DNA of 64,000 nucleotides from Eledone cirrhosa (taxonomy: Eukaryota), in the NCBI GenBank assembly GCA_964016885.1, contig OZ024760.1, forward strand, positions 27,032,001-27,096,000, read 5' to 3'. Shown one piece after another: positions 36,261-48,838 of the stretch; positions within the stretch are counted from its first letter, which is position 1, and each line of letters begins with the position of its first letter. The translations under genes and the position numbers were made by a program. Below the pieces are notes generated by a model, which did not search any database, had not been told where the DNA came from, and was given only the letters and a program-made list of their open reading frames with translations.

Positions 36261-36396
36261 ACTGAGGTTAACTTTGCCTTTCATCCTGACGGGGTCAATA
36301 AAATAAAGTACCAGTAATACACTGGTGTTGATTTAATCGACTTCCCCCTCAAATTGCTGGCCTTGTGCCTAAAATAGAAATCACTATTATTATTAC

Positions 36397-36429
<33 letters not shown>

Positions 36430-36448
36430 TATTATTTTCTATTTATAG

Positions 36449-36511
36449 CCCATTTGCCTGTTTCCAACTCAGCTCTGTACCTCGGTGAAAGTCCTCCATA
36501 TAAAGTTAGTG
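36449..36511 (+). CDS. SLC4: Probable SLC4 N-terminal exon (63 bp, phase 1-1; HLPVSNSALYLGESPPYKVS)
   Basis: ttttctatttatag acceptor, G|gtaagt donor, open frame, and its end phase matches the next exon. Lies in the poorly conserved N-terminus, so there is no motif support. Confidence 0.55.
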
Positions 36512-36698
36512 GTAAGTGGAATATATATACTTTTGTTTTTATTTACTATTTGTTATTTCATGTATTAAATATCATATATACATGTTATATATACATGTTT
36601 TATATATGTGTGTTAAGTATTTAAGGTAAAGGAAAGAAGAGTGCTCTAAGTATAGTACAGGGCTATTTATTTATGTAATAAACAACACAATATAATTA

Positions 36699-36768
36699 TT
36701 CCATTACTCAAGGTTTCACGAAGTCAGACGATTCTAACAGGGAATCTGAATCCGTTCATCAGATAGAA
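36699..36768 (-). ncRNA. Type I hammerhead ribozyme in fold-back insert
   Basis: UUCUAU-CUGAUGA-ACGGA uUCAGAU...GUCUGAc UUCGU-GAAAC cuuga GUA-AUGGAA. Confidence 0.72.
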
Positions 36769-37203
36769 ATCTTTCTAAGATTTCTATCTGATGAACGGAT
36801 TCAGATGCCCTGTTAGAATCGTCTGACCTGGTGATGTGTTGTTTCCTTGAGCAAGACACTTTATTCACATTGCACCAGTTTACTCAGCTGTAGAAATGAG
36901 ATGATAGGACTGGGGTCCCTATCATTCCACTGCAAAGTGGTCGTGGAGGTGCCACAGCAAAAAAGCACCCAGCCCACACTGTAAAGTGGACGTGTAGGTG
37001 CCACGGAAAAATAAGCACCCAGCACTCACTGTAAATGAGGTTGGTGTTAGGAAGGGCATCCAGCTGTAGAAATCAAGCCAGAATCAGTTCCCGTATGAGC
37101 AAGACAAGGTCAGCCGACCATACACTGCCCACAACAGGACAGCCCGTCTAACCCATGCTAGTGTGGAAGAACGGACGTAAAACGGTGATGATGATATATA
37201 TAT

Positions 37204-37238
<35 letters not shown>

Positions 37239-37331
37239 ACCAAAAGTTAAACAAGTTTCATTGATTAATCAATGAATATAGTTTTACAATAGATTAGAAG
37301 CACTCAACAGAAAAGTTTTCTGGAGTTATTA

Positions 37332-37659
37332 ATATTAATTCAAAATATTAATAAATATAGACATTCACGTAATCAAAATATATTTTATTATATATATTTC
37401 GGAGGTACTGTGCTGTTTTTTCAGTACGTCCTCATCAGATAAAATATATAAATTGATGTATGACATACCTCATCTGTGCTGATGGTTCAATTCTGCCAAG
37501 ACTGGAATCGAACCATCAGCACAGTTGAGGTATGTCGTACATCAATTTATATATTTTATCTGATGAGGACGTACTGAAAAAACAGCACAGTACCTCCAAA
37601 ATATATATAATAAAATATATTTTGATTAAGTGAATGTCTATATTTATTAATATTTTGAA

Positions 37660-37666
<7 letters not shown>
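37332..37666. repeat. Long inverted repeat (about 160-bp arms)
   Basis: Reverse-complement arms centred at about 37498. Confidence 0.92.
37381..37446 (-). ncRNA. Minimal type I hammerhead ribozyme (same family as 3797-3867)
   Basis: Same core and stems as the 3797 copy; the inverted partner at 37552-37617 (+) has GAAA changed to AAAA. Confidence 0.78.
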
Positions 37667-37704
<38 letters not shown>

Positions 37705-37881
37705 GTAGGTCCCGGGTTGAGTCGGGGATAACCACAGTAAGTAAGGTACTCAATACATGGCAGAGTAAAATTTTTTTATTTTATAGAAGGAGCTTCTACA
37801 GGACTAGTACTGTGCTGTACACATTTAAATATCTCCTATATACACAGCCTATTGATGTTGTTGTTGTTTCCGTTTTGCTGC

Positions 37882-37914
<33 letters not shown>

Positions 37915-38879
37915 GTCCTCAAGCCACCCTGCTGAGGCAGCCACCCTTGTCACAGTCAGACCACAAACCCACCTGCGAAGGTGTGGGCTTTATTCACAAA
38001 AGTCCATTCATTGTTTCATAAACATCAAGATCTCCCTGTCAACTTCAGGACCCATGCTGTGTTGTTGTTGTTATTTCTGCTTTTGATAAGACCCAAGTCA
38101 AGTCTTCCCCAGGTGACCCCTTAGAAGTCATTTCAGTTTTGACCATCCTATCTCTTTTTGTTTATCAACAACTATATTGTTCACCCCTTTTTGATAGCAA
38201 ACCTAAAAACACTCCCAAGTCCATCCATACAAAACTATTTCTTTTAACCCTTTTGTTAGGTTCTATGAAATAAAGTCACTCATTTTAACCCTTTTGTTAG
38301 GTTCTATGAAATAAAGTCACTCATTTTAACCCTTTTGTTAGGTTCTATGAAATAAAGTCACTCATTTTAACCCTTTAACATTTACATTACTCTATATTTA
38401 CTATTATGTTTTCACCTGAAAATGCTTTACCTCACATAATTATCTCACATAATATTGAATCTATGAGATTCTGATATTGGCAGTATCAATAGAGTTTCCA
38501 GCATAGAGTTACGTCTCTTTACGGTCTGAATTAAAATCCCGCTGAGGTTAACTTTATTTTATCGAACTCGTAAGGAAGAAAGACAAAGTACCAGTAATGT
38601 ACTGGGTTATTGCTGGCCTTGTGCCAAAAGTGGAAACAATTATTTATTTTGAGAACATTACACTAACATCAATATGAGCGGCCAGTTATGGCCGGTTACG
38701 GCCAGTTTGAACAGGAAGAGGTGAGAGAATTTTGACTGGATATGGCCAGTTTAACCCTTTAGCATTTAAACCAGCCATATCTGGCCAAAATTTTCTCACC
38801 TCTTTCAAAATTTTCTCACCACTCATACTGATGTTAAGGTATTATTTTCAAAATAAATATCAAAATCTCAGATTCGATA

Positions 38880-40290
38880 TTATGTGAGATAATTATTTGA
38901 AGTAAAGCCTTTACTGTGAAAATACAATAGTATATATAGAGTAATGTAAATGTTATGTGAGATAATTATGTGAAGTAAAGCCTTTACTGTGAAAATACAA
39001 TAGTACATACAGAGTAATGTAAATGTTATGGGAGATATTATGTGAGGTAAAGCCTTACTGTGAAAATACAATAGTATATATAGAGTAATGTAAATGTTAT
39101 GAGATATTATGTGAGGTAAAGCCTTTACTGTGAAAATACAATAGTATATATAGAGTAATGTAAATGTTATGAGATATTATGTGAGGTAAAGCTTTTACTG
39201 TGAAAATACAATTTGTATATATAGAGTAATGTAAATGTGATATATTATGTTAGGTAAAACCTTTACTGTGAAAATACAATAGTATATATAGAGTAATGTA
39301 AATGTTATGAGATAATATGTGAGGTAAAGCCTTTACTGTGAAAATACAAGAGTAAATATAGCGTAATGTAAATGTTATGTGAGATAATTATGTGAGGTAA
39401 AGCTTTTACTGTGAAAATATAATAGTATATATAAAGTAATGTAAATGTTATGTGAGATATTATGTGAGGTAAAGCCTTTACTGTGGAAATACAATAGTAT
39501 ATATAGAGTAAAGTAAATGTTATGGGAGATATTATGTGAGGTAAAGCCTTTACTGTGAAAATACAATAGTATATATAAAGTAATGTAAATGTTATGTGAG
39601 ATATTATGTGAAGTAAAGACTTTACTGTGAAAATACAATAGTATATATAGAGTAATGTAAATGTTATGTGAGATATTATGTGAGGTAAAGCCTTTACTGC
39701 GAAAATACAATAGTATATATAGAGTAATGTAAATGTTATGTGAGATATTATGTGAGGTAAAGCCTTTACTGTGGAAATACAATAGTATATACAGAGTAAT
39801 GTAAATGTTATGTGAGGTAAAGCCTTTACTGTGGAAATACAATAGTATATATAGAGTAAAGTAAATGTTATGGGAGATATTATGTGAGGTAAAGCCTTTA
39901 CTGTGAAAATACAATAGTATATATAGAGTAAAGTAAATGTTATGGGAGATATTATGTGAGGTAAAGCCTTTACTGTGAAAATACAATAGTATATATAGAG
40001 TAAAGTAAATGTTATGTGAGATATTATGTGGGGTAAAGACTTTACTGTGAAAATACAATAGTATATATAGAGTAAAGTAAATGTTATGTGAGATATTATG
40101 TGAGGTAAAGCCTTTACTGTGGAAATACAATAGTATATACAGAGTAATGTAAATGTTATGTGAGATATTATGTGAGGTAAAGACTTTACTGTGAAAATAC
40201 AAGAGTAAATATAGAGTAATGTAAATGTTATGTGAGGTAAAGACTTTACTGTGAAAATACAATAGTATATATAGAGTAATGTAAATGTTA
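38880..40290. repeat. About 72-bp minisatellite (about 20 units) amplified from MITE subterminal sequence
   Basis: Unit matches the right end of the MITE at 52790-53023. Confidence 0.92.
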
Positions 40291-40293
40291 AAG

Positions 40294-40554
40294 CAGGTAT
40301 GGGCAACCTTTTTCGAGAAGCGGGCTGCAACTGCTAATTTACATTCATTCCCACCTTTAAAAACAAGGGCAGTAACTCAGGTTGTTTTGATTTGTTTCTT
40401 CAGAATTCATACACTTTGTTTTCCTCGATCGTAAAAATGATAGAAAGATAAATTACGACTGAAAATTTGGGGTAAAAATATCAGAATGATTTCACTTAGG
40501 TGACTTAGGCGAGCTATTCAGAAATCTCTGCGGGCCGCAGGTTGACAATGACTT
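40294..40554. mobile_element. hAT-type MITE inserted in the TIR of a piggyBac MITE
   Basis: Imperfect TIR CAGGTATGGGCAACC / GGTTGACAATGACTT, 8-bp TSD tgttaaag/tattaaag, GCGGGCCGCA subterminal motif. Confidence 0.6.
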
Positions 40555-41797
40555 TATTAAAGGGTTAAATGTTTCTAATTTAAATTAAAATCTTCCAACA
40601 AAATCTTATATAAGAACCTTACAATAAGTTACTATCTTAGTTTGGGGATTTCTTCTTTGTATTTAGAGCAATCATGGGCAGTAATATATTTTAAAGTCTT
40701 TATATTTATCTAAAACCCTTCTGTTATAAATTTTATGTAAAGACCTTTCAGTTATGTTCCAAACACTGTCTTCATTATTTTGATACTAAACCGTCTGGAA
40801 GTAGCCCTGGCTCTGTGTTAGAAAACTTTATTTTAAAGTCTTTATTTCTATCTAAAACACTTCTGTCATGAATTTCAAGTAAGGGCCTTTGTTAAGTCAT
40901 GTTCCAAAGACTCTCCCTTTTGATGCCAAACTCCAAGAAACCCATCTCTGATTCTCTGAAATAAGACCACCCATTTTAAAAGGGCCCCTCCTACTTAAAT
41001 TAAAACTTTCATTATTTGCACATTCCAAATACTACATTAATAATAAAATAATTGAACCTTTAACCCTTTAGAATTTAAACCGACCATCTATTTATGAATA
41101 TGTATGAGTAGATGTGTGAACTTGTCTGTATCTGCTTATGTATTTACATGTAAATGGAGACACATAGCTTAGTGGTTAGAGCATTGGCCTGGCAATCGAA
41201 AGGTTGTGAGTTCAATTCTCAGACCGGGTGATGTGTTGGTTCCTTGAGCAAGACACTTTATTTCACATTGCTCCAGTTTACTCAGCTGTAGAAATGAGAT
41301 GATAGGGATTGGGGTCCCTATCATTCCACTGTAAAGTGGTCGTGGAGGTGCCATGACAAAAAAGCACTCACTGTAAAATGAGGTTGGTGTTAGGAAGGGC
41401 ATCCAGCTGTAGAAATCAAGCCAGAATTAGTTCTCATCCCATCCTTTGTTAAGTTATGTTCCAAAGACTCTCCCTTTTGATACCAAACTCCAAGAAACCC
41501 ATCTCTGATTCTCTGAAATAAAACCACCCAAGCAAGCAGGGAAAAGCGAACGTAAAACGACGACTGTGTGTATGTATATATATATATATAACGAAGGAAT
41601 TGCGGTAAGGAACCAGATGGACCATAACGCACCAAAGTACTCAATACTTAGGGTAGTAGAGTGGGTAATAGGAACGAGTAGGACCCCGATGGCTGAACTC
41701 AAGCCGTTTCGACGGCTAATTCTGCACTTTTTTTTTAGTCCAGAATTAGCCGTCGAAACGGCTTGAGTTCAGCCGTCGGGGTCCTACTCGTTTCTAT

Positions 41798-43895
41798 ATC
41801 ATCATCATCATCATCATCATCATCAACGTTTAACGTCCGTGTTCCACGCTTGCATGGGTTTGGACGGGGGTAGTCCCACTTGAGGCAAGAGTGATTGTCT
41901 TGCTCGCATAGGACTGTCTGGCAGGTTTTCTACAGTTGGATGCCCTTCCTAACACCAACCACATTTACAGTGTGGGTCTGGGAGGTTTTTACCGTGTTGC
42001 CTACACGGCCACATTACAGCGTGGACTGTGTGTTTTTTTGTCGTGACACCTACACGATCTCATTTGTTTCGGCCTCGATGGCGCGGCACCAACATAACTT
42101 TACATAGAACGGGGTGGTGTGGATGGGGTGGGGGTGGGGGTGGTGGGACGGGGTGTATTTTGTTAGAGATGCCTACTGGCTGGAGTAGGTTTTACTATAT
42201 ATTTAGGTAAGGCGGGTCTTCTCTGTTACTGAGTACCGCCAAAGGTCTCGGTCCAGTGACATTGTCTTGGAGAGGTGTAAGTGTGTGATGTCGGAGTTTA
42301 TCAGCTCGTCCCAGGTTTTTCTAGGTCTGCCTATTCCGTGACTACCGTCTATCTTTATTGCCCTGCACTTTGTTATACAGCTATTGACTTTCATGCGCAT
42401 CACGTGTCCATACCAACGTAGCCTTCTCTCGAGTAAACAACATCTGATCCCTCTTATCTCTAATTTTTTCCTTAGTTCGTTTATGCTTTGCCGTTCACGT
42501 ATATTACTGTTACACATCCAGCGGAGCATGCAAGCTTCGTTCCTCTCTAGTCTGCGTATATCCTCTGCACACAATGCCCAGGTCTCACTGCCATGCAGCA
42601 TTGCTGTTCGTATGCAGGCATCGTACAACCTGCCTTTCATTTTTAGTGAGAACCCTTTAACAGCTAATAGTGGTATAAGCTCTCTGAACTTTTTCCAACC
42701 AGTTCTGACTCTAGCTACAGTACTTTCAGAGCACCCTCCCCCACTGCTGATTTTATCGCCCAGGTAACGGAAGCTGTCCACTATTTCTATAGAACCCTCT
42801 GCGCAATTGAAAGAGCTAGTAGTTTGTGGGCACTTGCTGCTACTTATTGCACCAGAGCACCGGCCACATGTAAAATCTATGTTCTTAGTTAGCTTACCTG
42901 TGATCCCACTACATCTTTTATGCACCCATACTTTGCATTTGGGACATAAAATGGAGTTTCTACCTACGCCTTTCCTACACACCGAGCACGACCATTTCCC
43001 AGAAGGGACCGCCGCCTTGTTTTCTTTCCTACAAACTAGTACTTTGGTCTTAGCCAGGTTAATTTTAAGTCCTTTTGACTCTAGGCCGTGCTTCCATGTT
43101 TGGAATTTCTTCTCTAGCTCGGCCATTGATTCCGCTATGAGTGTCAGGTCGTCTGCGTATAGGAGTTCCCATGGGCAGCCTGTCTTGAACTCCTCTGTTA
43201 TAGCCTGAAGGGCAATAATAAATAGTAGTGGGCTGAGAACAGAGCCCTGATGGACGCCAACTTTTACGCTAAACTCTTCACTATATTCGTTGTTAATTCT
43301 AACCTTGCTGACTGTTTCTTTATACATGGCTTGTATAGCCCTCACAAGCCATTCGTCAACGCCTAGTTTTCTAAGAGCCCACCAGATAATGGAGCGGGGG
43401 ACTCTGTCGAAGGCTTTCTCCAAGTCGACAAAAGCTAAGTAGAGGGGTTTACCTTTAGCTAGGTACTTCTCCTGTAGTTGTCGTACTATGAAAAGAGCGT
43501 CTGTGGTACTTTTGCCTGACACAAACCCGAACTGCATTTCATCTAGGTCAATTCTCTCTCTGATTAGTTGCGCTATTACTTTTTCCGTGACCTTCATGAC
43601 CTGGTCGATTAATTTAATGCCTCTATAGTTACTCCTATCTAGGGCGTCTCCTTTACCCTTATAACAGTTAACGATGATGCTGCTATGCCAGTCCTTCGGA
43701 ACAACCCCATTCTGTACGACTTGGTTAACTATGCGGGTGACCATGGTGTGTCCCACCGTGCCAGATGCCTTCAGCATCTCAGCAACTATTTCCGAAGGCC
43801 CAGCCGCCTTACCCGTCTTCATATCCTTGATTGCCTTACTTATTATACTCCCCTCGACTAACACTGCTGGTCCCTCTATTGGGTCGATATGGGGG
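41798..43895 (-). mobile_element. 5'-truncated RTE-like LINE (second family), RT with PHD-like Cys/His finger, 3' UTR and (GAT)n tail
   Basis: Open ORF 42203-43864 with QFGF, FVDLEKAFDRV, GVHQGSVLSP, LYADD and RLRWYGHV, plus CxxC-x10-CxxC-x4-HxxC-x13-CxxC; the tail reads (ATC)n on the + strand at about 41798-41825. Confidence 0.88.
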
Positions 43896-43914
43896 AGACT
43901 ATATATATATATAT

Positions 43915-44533
43915 ATGTGTAACAGTAATATACGTGAACGACAAAGCATAAATGAATTGAGAGAGAGACTGAGCATAAGAGGAATCAAATGCTGTGTGCA
44001 GGAGAGGCGGTTGCATTGGTATGGACATGTGATGCGTATGAAGGATGACAGCTGCATAAAAAGGTGCAGAGCACTAAAAGTTGATGGAAACCGCGGAGTG
44101 GGGAGACCCAAGATGACCTGGGATGAGGTGATAAAAGCCGACCTTACCCAATTACACCTCTCAAAGACAATGACACATGACCGTGACTTCTGGCGTCACA
44201 CAGTAATACAGAGTACCCGACCTCCCATGGGTACATGCTGAAGCATATAAACAATATGCCCCCACACCCCCCCACCGCAAGGTGGTCGTGGAGGTGCTAC
44301 GGCAAAAAAGCACCCAGCCCACACTGTAAAGTGGACGTGTAGGCGCCACGAAAAAGCACCCAGCACTCACTGTAAATGAGGTTGGTGTTAGGAAGGGCAT
44401 CCAGCTGTAGAAATCAAGCCAGATCAGTTCCTGTATGAGCAAGGCATGGTCAGCCGACCAGACACTGCCCACAACAGGACAACCCGTCTAACCCATGCTA
44501 GCGTGGAAGAACGGACGTAAAACGGTGATGATG

Positions 44534-44535
<2 letters not shown>
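43915..44535 (+). mobile_element. 3' fragment of a related RTE-like LINE with 3' tail
   Basis: CNSNIRERQSINELR...RLHWYGHVMR...GRPKMTW, followed by the shared 3' tail ending in gatgatgat. Confidence 0.8.
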
Positions 44536-44577
<42 letters not shown>

Positions 44578-45584
44578 AACTTACTAAGTTGTAACACATA
44601 TTACAAACATACACAATACAAGCAGGGTTATAATGATATTTTGGCTCCCTATATTACATAGAACACTTTTTTTATCTTGATTTGTTCTTCAGAAATTCTT
44701 GGCATTATATGCAGTGGATTGTCAGTATCGGTAGAGGGTCGGACGCCATGCTTTGGCGCATAGAGTTACGCCCCTTGCCATTCTGAGTTCAAATCTCGCC
44801 GAGGTTAACTTTGCCTTTCATCCTTACGGGGGTCGATAAAATAAAGTACCAGTAATGCACTGGAGTAATTGCTGGCCTTGTGCCAAAAGTAGAAACATAT
44901 ATATATATATATCTCACCGAGGCAAAGCTGACCTTGGTGGGATTTGAACTCAGATCATAAAGTGGCATAACTCTATGGCATAAAGCATGTTGTCCAACGG
45001 CAGTATTGGTAGACCATCAGACAACATGCTTTGATTTATGGCATGGTTACGGCCCTTCACAATCGTTAAAGTTAAAGTCCTGCTGAGGGTAGCTTCACCT
45101 TTCATCTTCGTGGAGTTGATAAAATAAAGTACCAGTAATGCACTGGGGTTGATTTAATCGACTTTCCCCTCCCCTTCAAATTGCTGGCCTTGTGCCTAAA
45201 GTAGAAACAATTATATATATCATCATCATCGTTTAACATCCATCTTCCACGCTTGCATGGGTTTGGACGGGAGTTTTCCCACTTGAGGCAAGAGTGGTTG
45301 TCTTGCTCGCATAGGACTGCCTGGCGGGTTTTCTACAGCTGGATGCCCTTCCTAACACCAACCACATTTACAGTGTGGGGCTGGGAGGTTTTTACCGTGT
45401 TGCCTACACGGCCACATTACAGCGTGTATATATATATATCATCATCATTTAACGTCTATCTTTCATGCTAGCATGGGTTAGACAGAAATTGTCCCAGTTG
45501 AGGCAAGATTGATCGGGTGACCATGTTTTGCTCGTATAGGACTATCTGGCTGGTTTTCTACAGCTGGATGCCCTTCCTAACACA

Positions 45585-46346
45585 ACCACATTTACAGTGT
45601 GGACTGGGAGCCTTTTTACTGTGTCTCCTACACGACCAACTTACAATGTGGACTGGGAGTCTTTTACAGTGTTTCCTACACGACCACTTTACAGTGTGGA
45701 CTGGGAGCCTTTTTACCGTGTCTCCTACATGACCACATTACAGTGTGGACTGGGAGCCTTTTACTGTGTCTCCTACACAACCACTTTACAGTGTGGACTG
45801 GGAGCCTTTTACTGTGTCTCCTACACAACCAATTTACAATGTGGACTGGGTGCCTTTTTACCATGTCTCCTAAACGACCACTTTACAGTATGGACTGGGA
45901 GCTTTTTTACCATGTCTCCTACATGACCACTTTACATTGTGGACTGAGTGCTTTTTACCATGTCTCCTACACAACCACTTTACAGTGTGGACTGGGAGTC
46001 TTTTACAGTGTCTCCTACACAACCACTTTGTAGTGTGGACTGGGTGCTTTTTACAATGTCTCCTACATGACCACCTTACAGTGTGGACTGGGAGCCTTTT
46101 TACCATGTCTCCTACATGACCACTTTACAGTGTGGACTAGGAGCCTTTTTACCATGTCTCCTACACGACCACTTTACAGTGTGGACTGGGAGCCTTTTTA
46201 CCGTGTCTCCTACACGACCACCTTACAGTGGGGAATGGGAGCCTTGTTACCATGTCTCCTACATGGCCACTTTACAGTGGGGAATGGGAGCCTTGTTACC
46301 ATGTCTCCTACATGACCACCTTACAGTGTGGACTGGGTGCCTTTTT
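45585..46346. repeat. 48-49-bp minisatellite (about 15 units) derived from the SINE/LINE tail
   Basis: tttacagtgtggactgggagcctttttaccatgtctcctacacgaccac. Confidence 0.92.
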
Positions 46347-46375
46347 ATATATACTCTTCTTTTTTTTATTTTCAG

Positions 46376-46508
46376 AAAATGTTTCCGAAGTAATCCAGCA
46401 TTTGATGCACAATGTCAACGATGAACAGCATCAAGCACACCACATCTTCTGTGAAATGGATGTCCTTCACACAGAGGGGGAGTCTATTGAATGGAAGGAA
46501 AGTGCCAG
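46376..46508 (+). CDS. SLC4: SLC4 exon (ENVSEVIQ...IFCEMDVL...EWKESAR)
   Basis: ttttcag acceptor, ag|gtaaac donor; conserved 'F.EMD.L...EWKE.AR' motif. Confidence 0.92.
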
Positions 46509-48677
46509 GTAAACTACTATTCAATCATTGTTTCAACTCTGGATTGCAGCGCAGAGTTACGGCCCTTTACGGTCTGAGTTCAAATCCTGCCGAGGTTAAC
46601 TTTACCTTTCATCCTTACGGGGGTCGATAAAATAAAGTACCAGTAATGTACTGGGGTAATTGCTGGCCTCGTGCCAAAAGTAGAAACAATTATTTCAAAT
46701 CTGGATTGGCAGTATCGGTAGAGGGTCGGACGCCATGCTTTCCAGCATAGTTACGTCCCTTTACGATCCGAGTTCAAATCTGTAAGGGCAGTAGATTGGT
46801 ATAGAATTGGTAGAGCGTTGAACAAGCTGCTTTGTGGCATAATTATGACCATTTATGTTCTGAGTTCAAATCCCTCCGAGGTTAACTTTGCCTTTCATCC
46901 TTACAGGGTCGATAAAATAAAGTATCAGTAACGCACTGGGGGTCGATTTAATAGACTTTCCCTTCCCCCAAAAATTGTTAGAGGTATGTGGCCTAGTGGT
47001 AAGGGTGTTGGACTTATGATTAAAATGTCATGGGTTCATTTCCTGGACTGGGTTCTGTGTTGTGTTCAGCTGTGAGTAGCGGCTTGATGTTCATTTGGGC
47101 AAATTTTCCGGTTAAATAACATTAACTGAGATATCAAATTCCAAATGATAATTTATTATAATGATAAAATTATTTGTGAAAATATAATTGATAAAATATG
47201 GTTGATACACAAAACCTTTATAAACTTACACATCTTTTCAAGATATTTGTTATTTTCTATATAACTCGGTTAAGGCGGCAAATTGGTAGAGTCTTTAGAA
47301 CATCAGATAGAATGCTTTATGGAATTCATTCCAGCTCTCTGCCTGCTCAGTTCAAATCCAGTGTCCTTTGGGCAAATTTTCTGGTGAAATAACATCAATG
47401 ACTGAGATATGAAATTCAAAATAATAATCATAATAGAATAAAGGGAGGAGTGTGGGACTGTGTCCTTAATATATTGTTTTATCCTGTTAGTAAAATAAGT
47501 TGGATTACTTTGAATAAATAATTGTTTCTATTTTTGGCACAAGGCCAGCAATTATCCCAGTGTATTACTGGTACTTTATTTTATCAACCCCGTAAGGATG
47601 AAAGGCAAAGTTAACCTCGGCGGGATTTGAACTCAGTCCGTAAAGGGACGTAACTGTGCTACAAAGCATGGCGTCCGACCCTCTACCGATACTGCCAATC
47701 CACCGCCCTCTGAATAAATAATTGTTTCTACTTTAGGCACAAGGCCAGCAATTACCCAGTGCATTACTGGTACTTTATTTTATCGACCCCGTAAGGATGA
47801 AAGGCAAAGTCAACCTCGGTGGGATTTGAACTCAGATCGTAAAGGGACGTAACTATGCTGGAAAGCATGGCGTCCATAATGAATGAATATTACATAATTT
47901 ATCTACTAAATTTCGTAACTCTTGATTAAAGATAAATATTTTTATATATAGATGATTGCTTATTTTAAGATTAATTTCTTTAAAATGTTCAAATGTCAAC
48001 ACTTCCGGTTAGCGTCCGTTATATCATAACACTTATTATATCACTTATGTAAACATTCACATATTTACATCGTTATATAAGGTTTATATTTCTGTCGCTA
48101 ATTTTCTCCTTTTTCGTTTTCATTACATTTCCCCTAATACAGTTTATATATAATATCATCTTTTTTAAATGTATCATGGATTACTTTACTGATTACAGAA
48201 GAGTGTGTAACACAGTCTCTCTTCAATTTCTGTGTATATTGTCAATTACGATTTTATTTGACGTATCATATCTAAATGCATGTATATTTGCGTATAATAT
48301 CATTATACACACTACACATACTGGCGCACACCACCCCCCATCCAACCACATATAACCAAACTACCCCCTCCCCACACCCACACGCCCCACCCCACACCCA
48401 CACACTCGCCTCCCGCACACATATATACATTAACCGCCCACCCTCATACACTAACTCCCGTACACTAACCCCCCCCCCCCCAAAACACACACACTATTCC
48501 TACCGCCACCCACACAGTAACCCCCCCCCCCCACACACACACACACTATCACCAAAACCCACCCCACGCTCCCCCACTCACTAACCACCACCTCACCTCC
48601 CCACACTATCCCCCACTGCCCCCCACACGGTGGTTTTTCTGCTAGTTTATTATTATAATGCTAAAATTATTTTCAAG

Positions 48678-48838
48678 ATGGGTGAAATATGAAGAAGATG
48701 TGGAAGATGGTGGTGAGCGCTGGTCGAAACCCCATGTGGCCTCCTTGTCGATGCACGCTGTGTTTAGTCTCAAGAAGTGTATCATAGATGGCGCTGTCCT
48801 CTTGGATATTGATGCCAGTGACATTGCTTCCGTTATTG
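48678..48838 (+). CDS. SLC4: SLC4 exon (WVKYEEDVEDGGERWSKPHVASLS...)
   Basis: ttttcaag acceptor, g|gtaaga donor; hallmark SLC4 cytoplasmic-domain motif. Confidence 0.95.

Noticed and set aside
41158-41230. tRNA-like sequence with A and B boxes
   Set aside because: It is the head of a multi-copy SINE; no complete cloverleaf or acceptor stem could be drawn
42203-44241. Head-to-head LINE pieces as a second twin-priming event
   Set aside because: Both pieces cover the same 3' region, are clearly diverged from each other and have their own tails, so they are independent insertions
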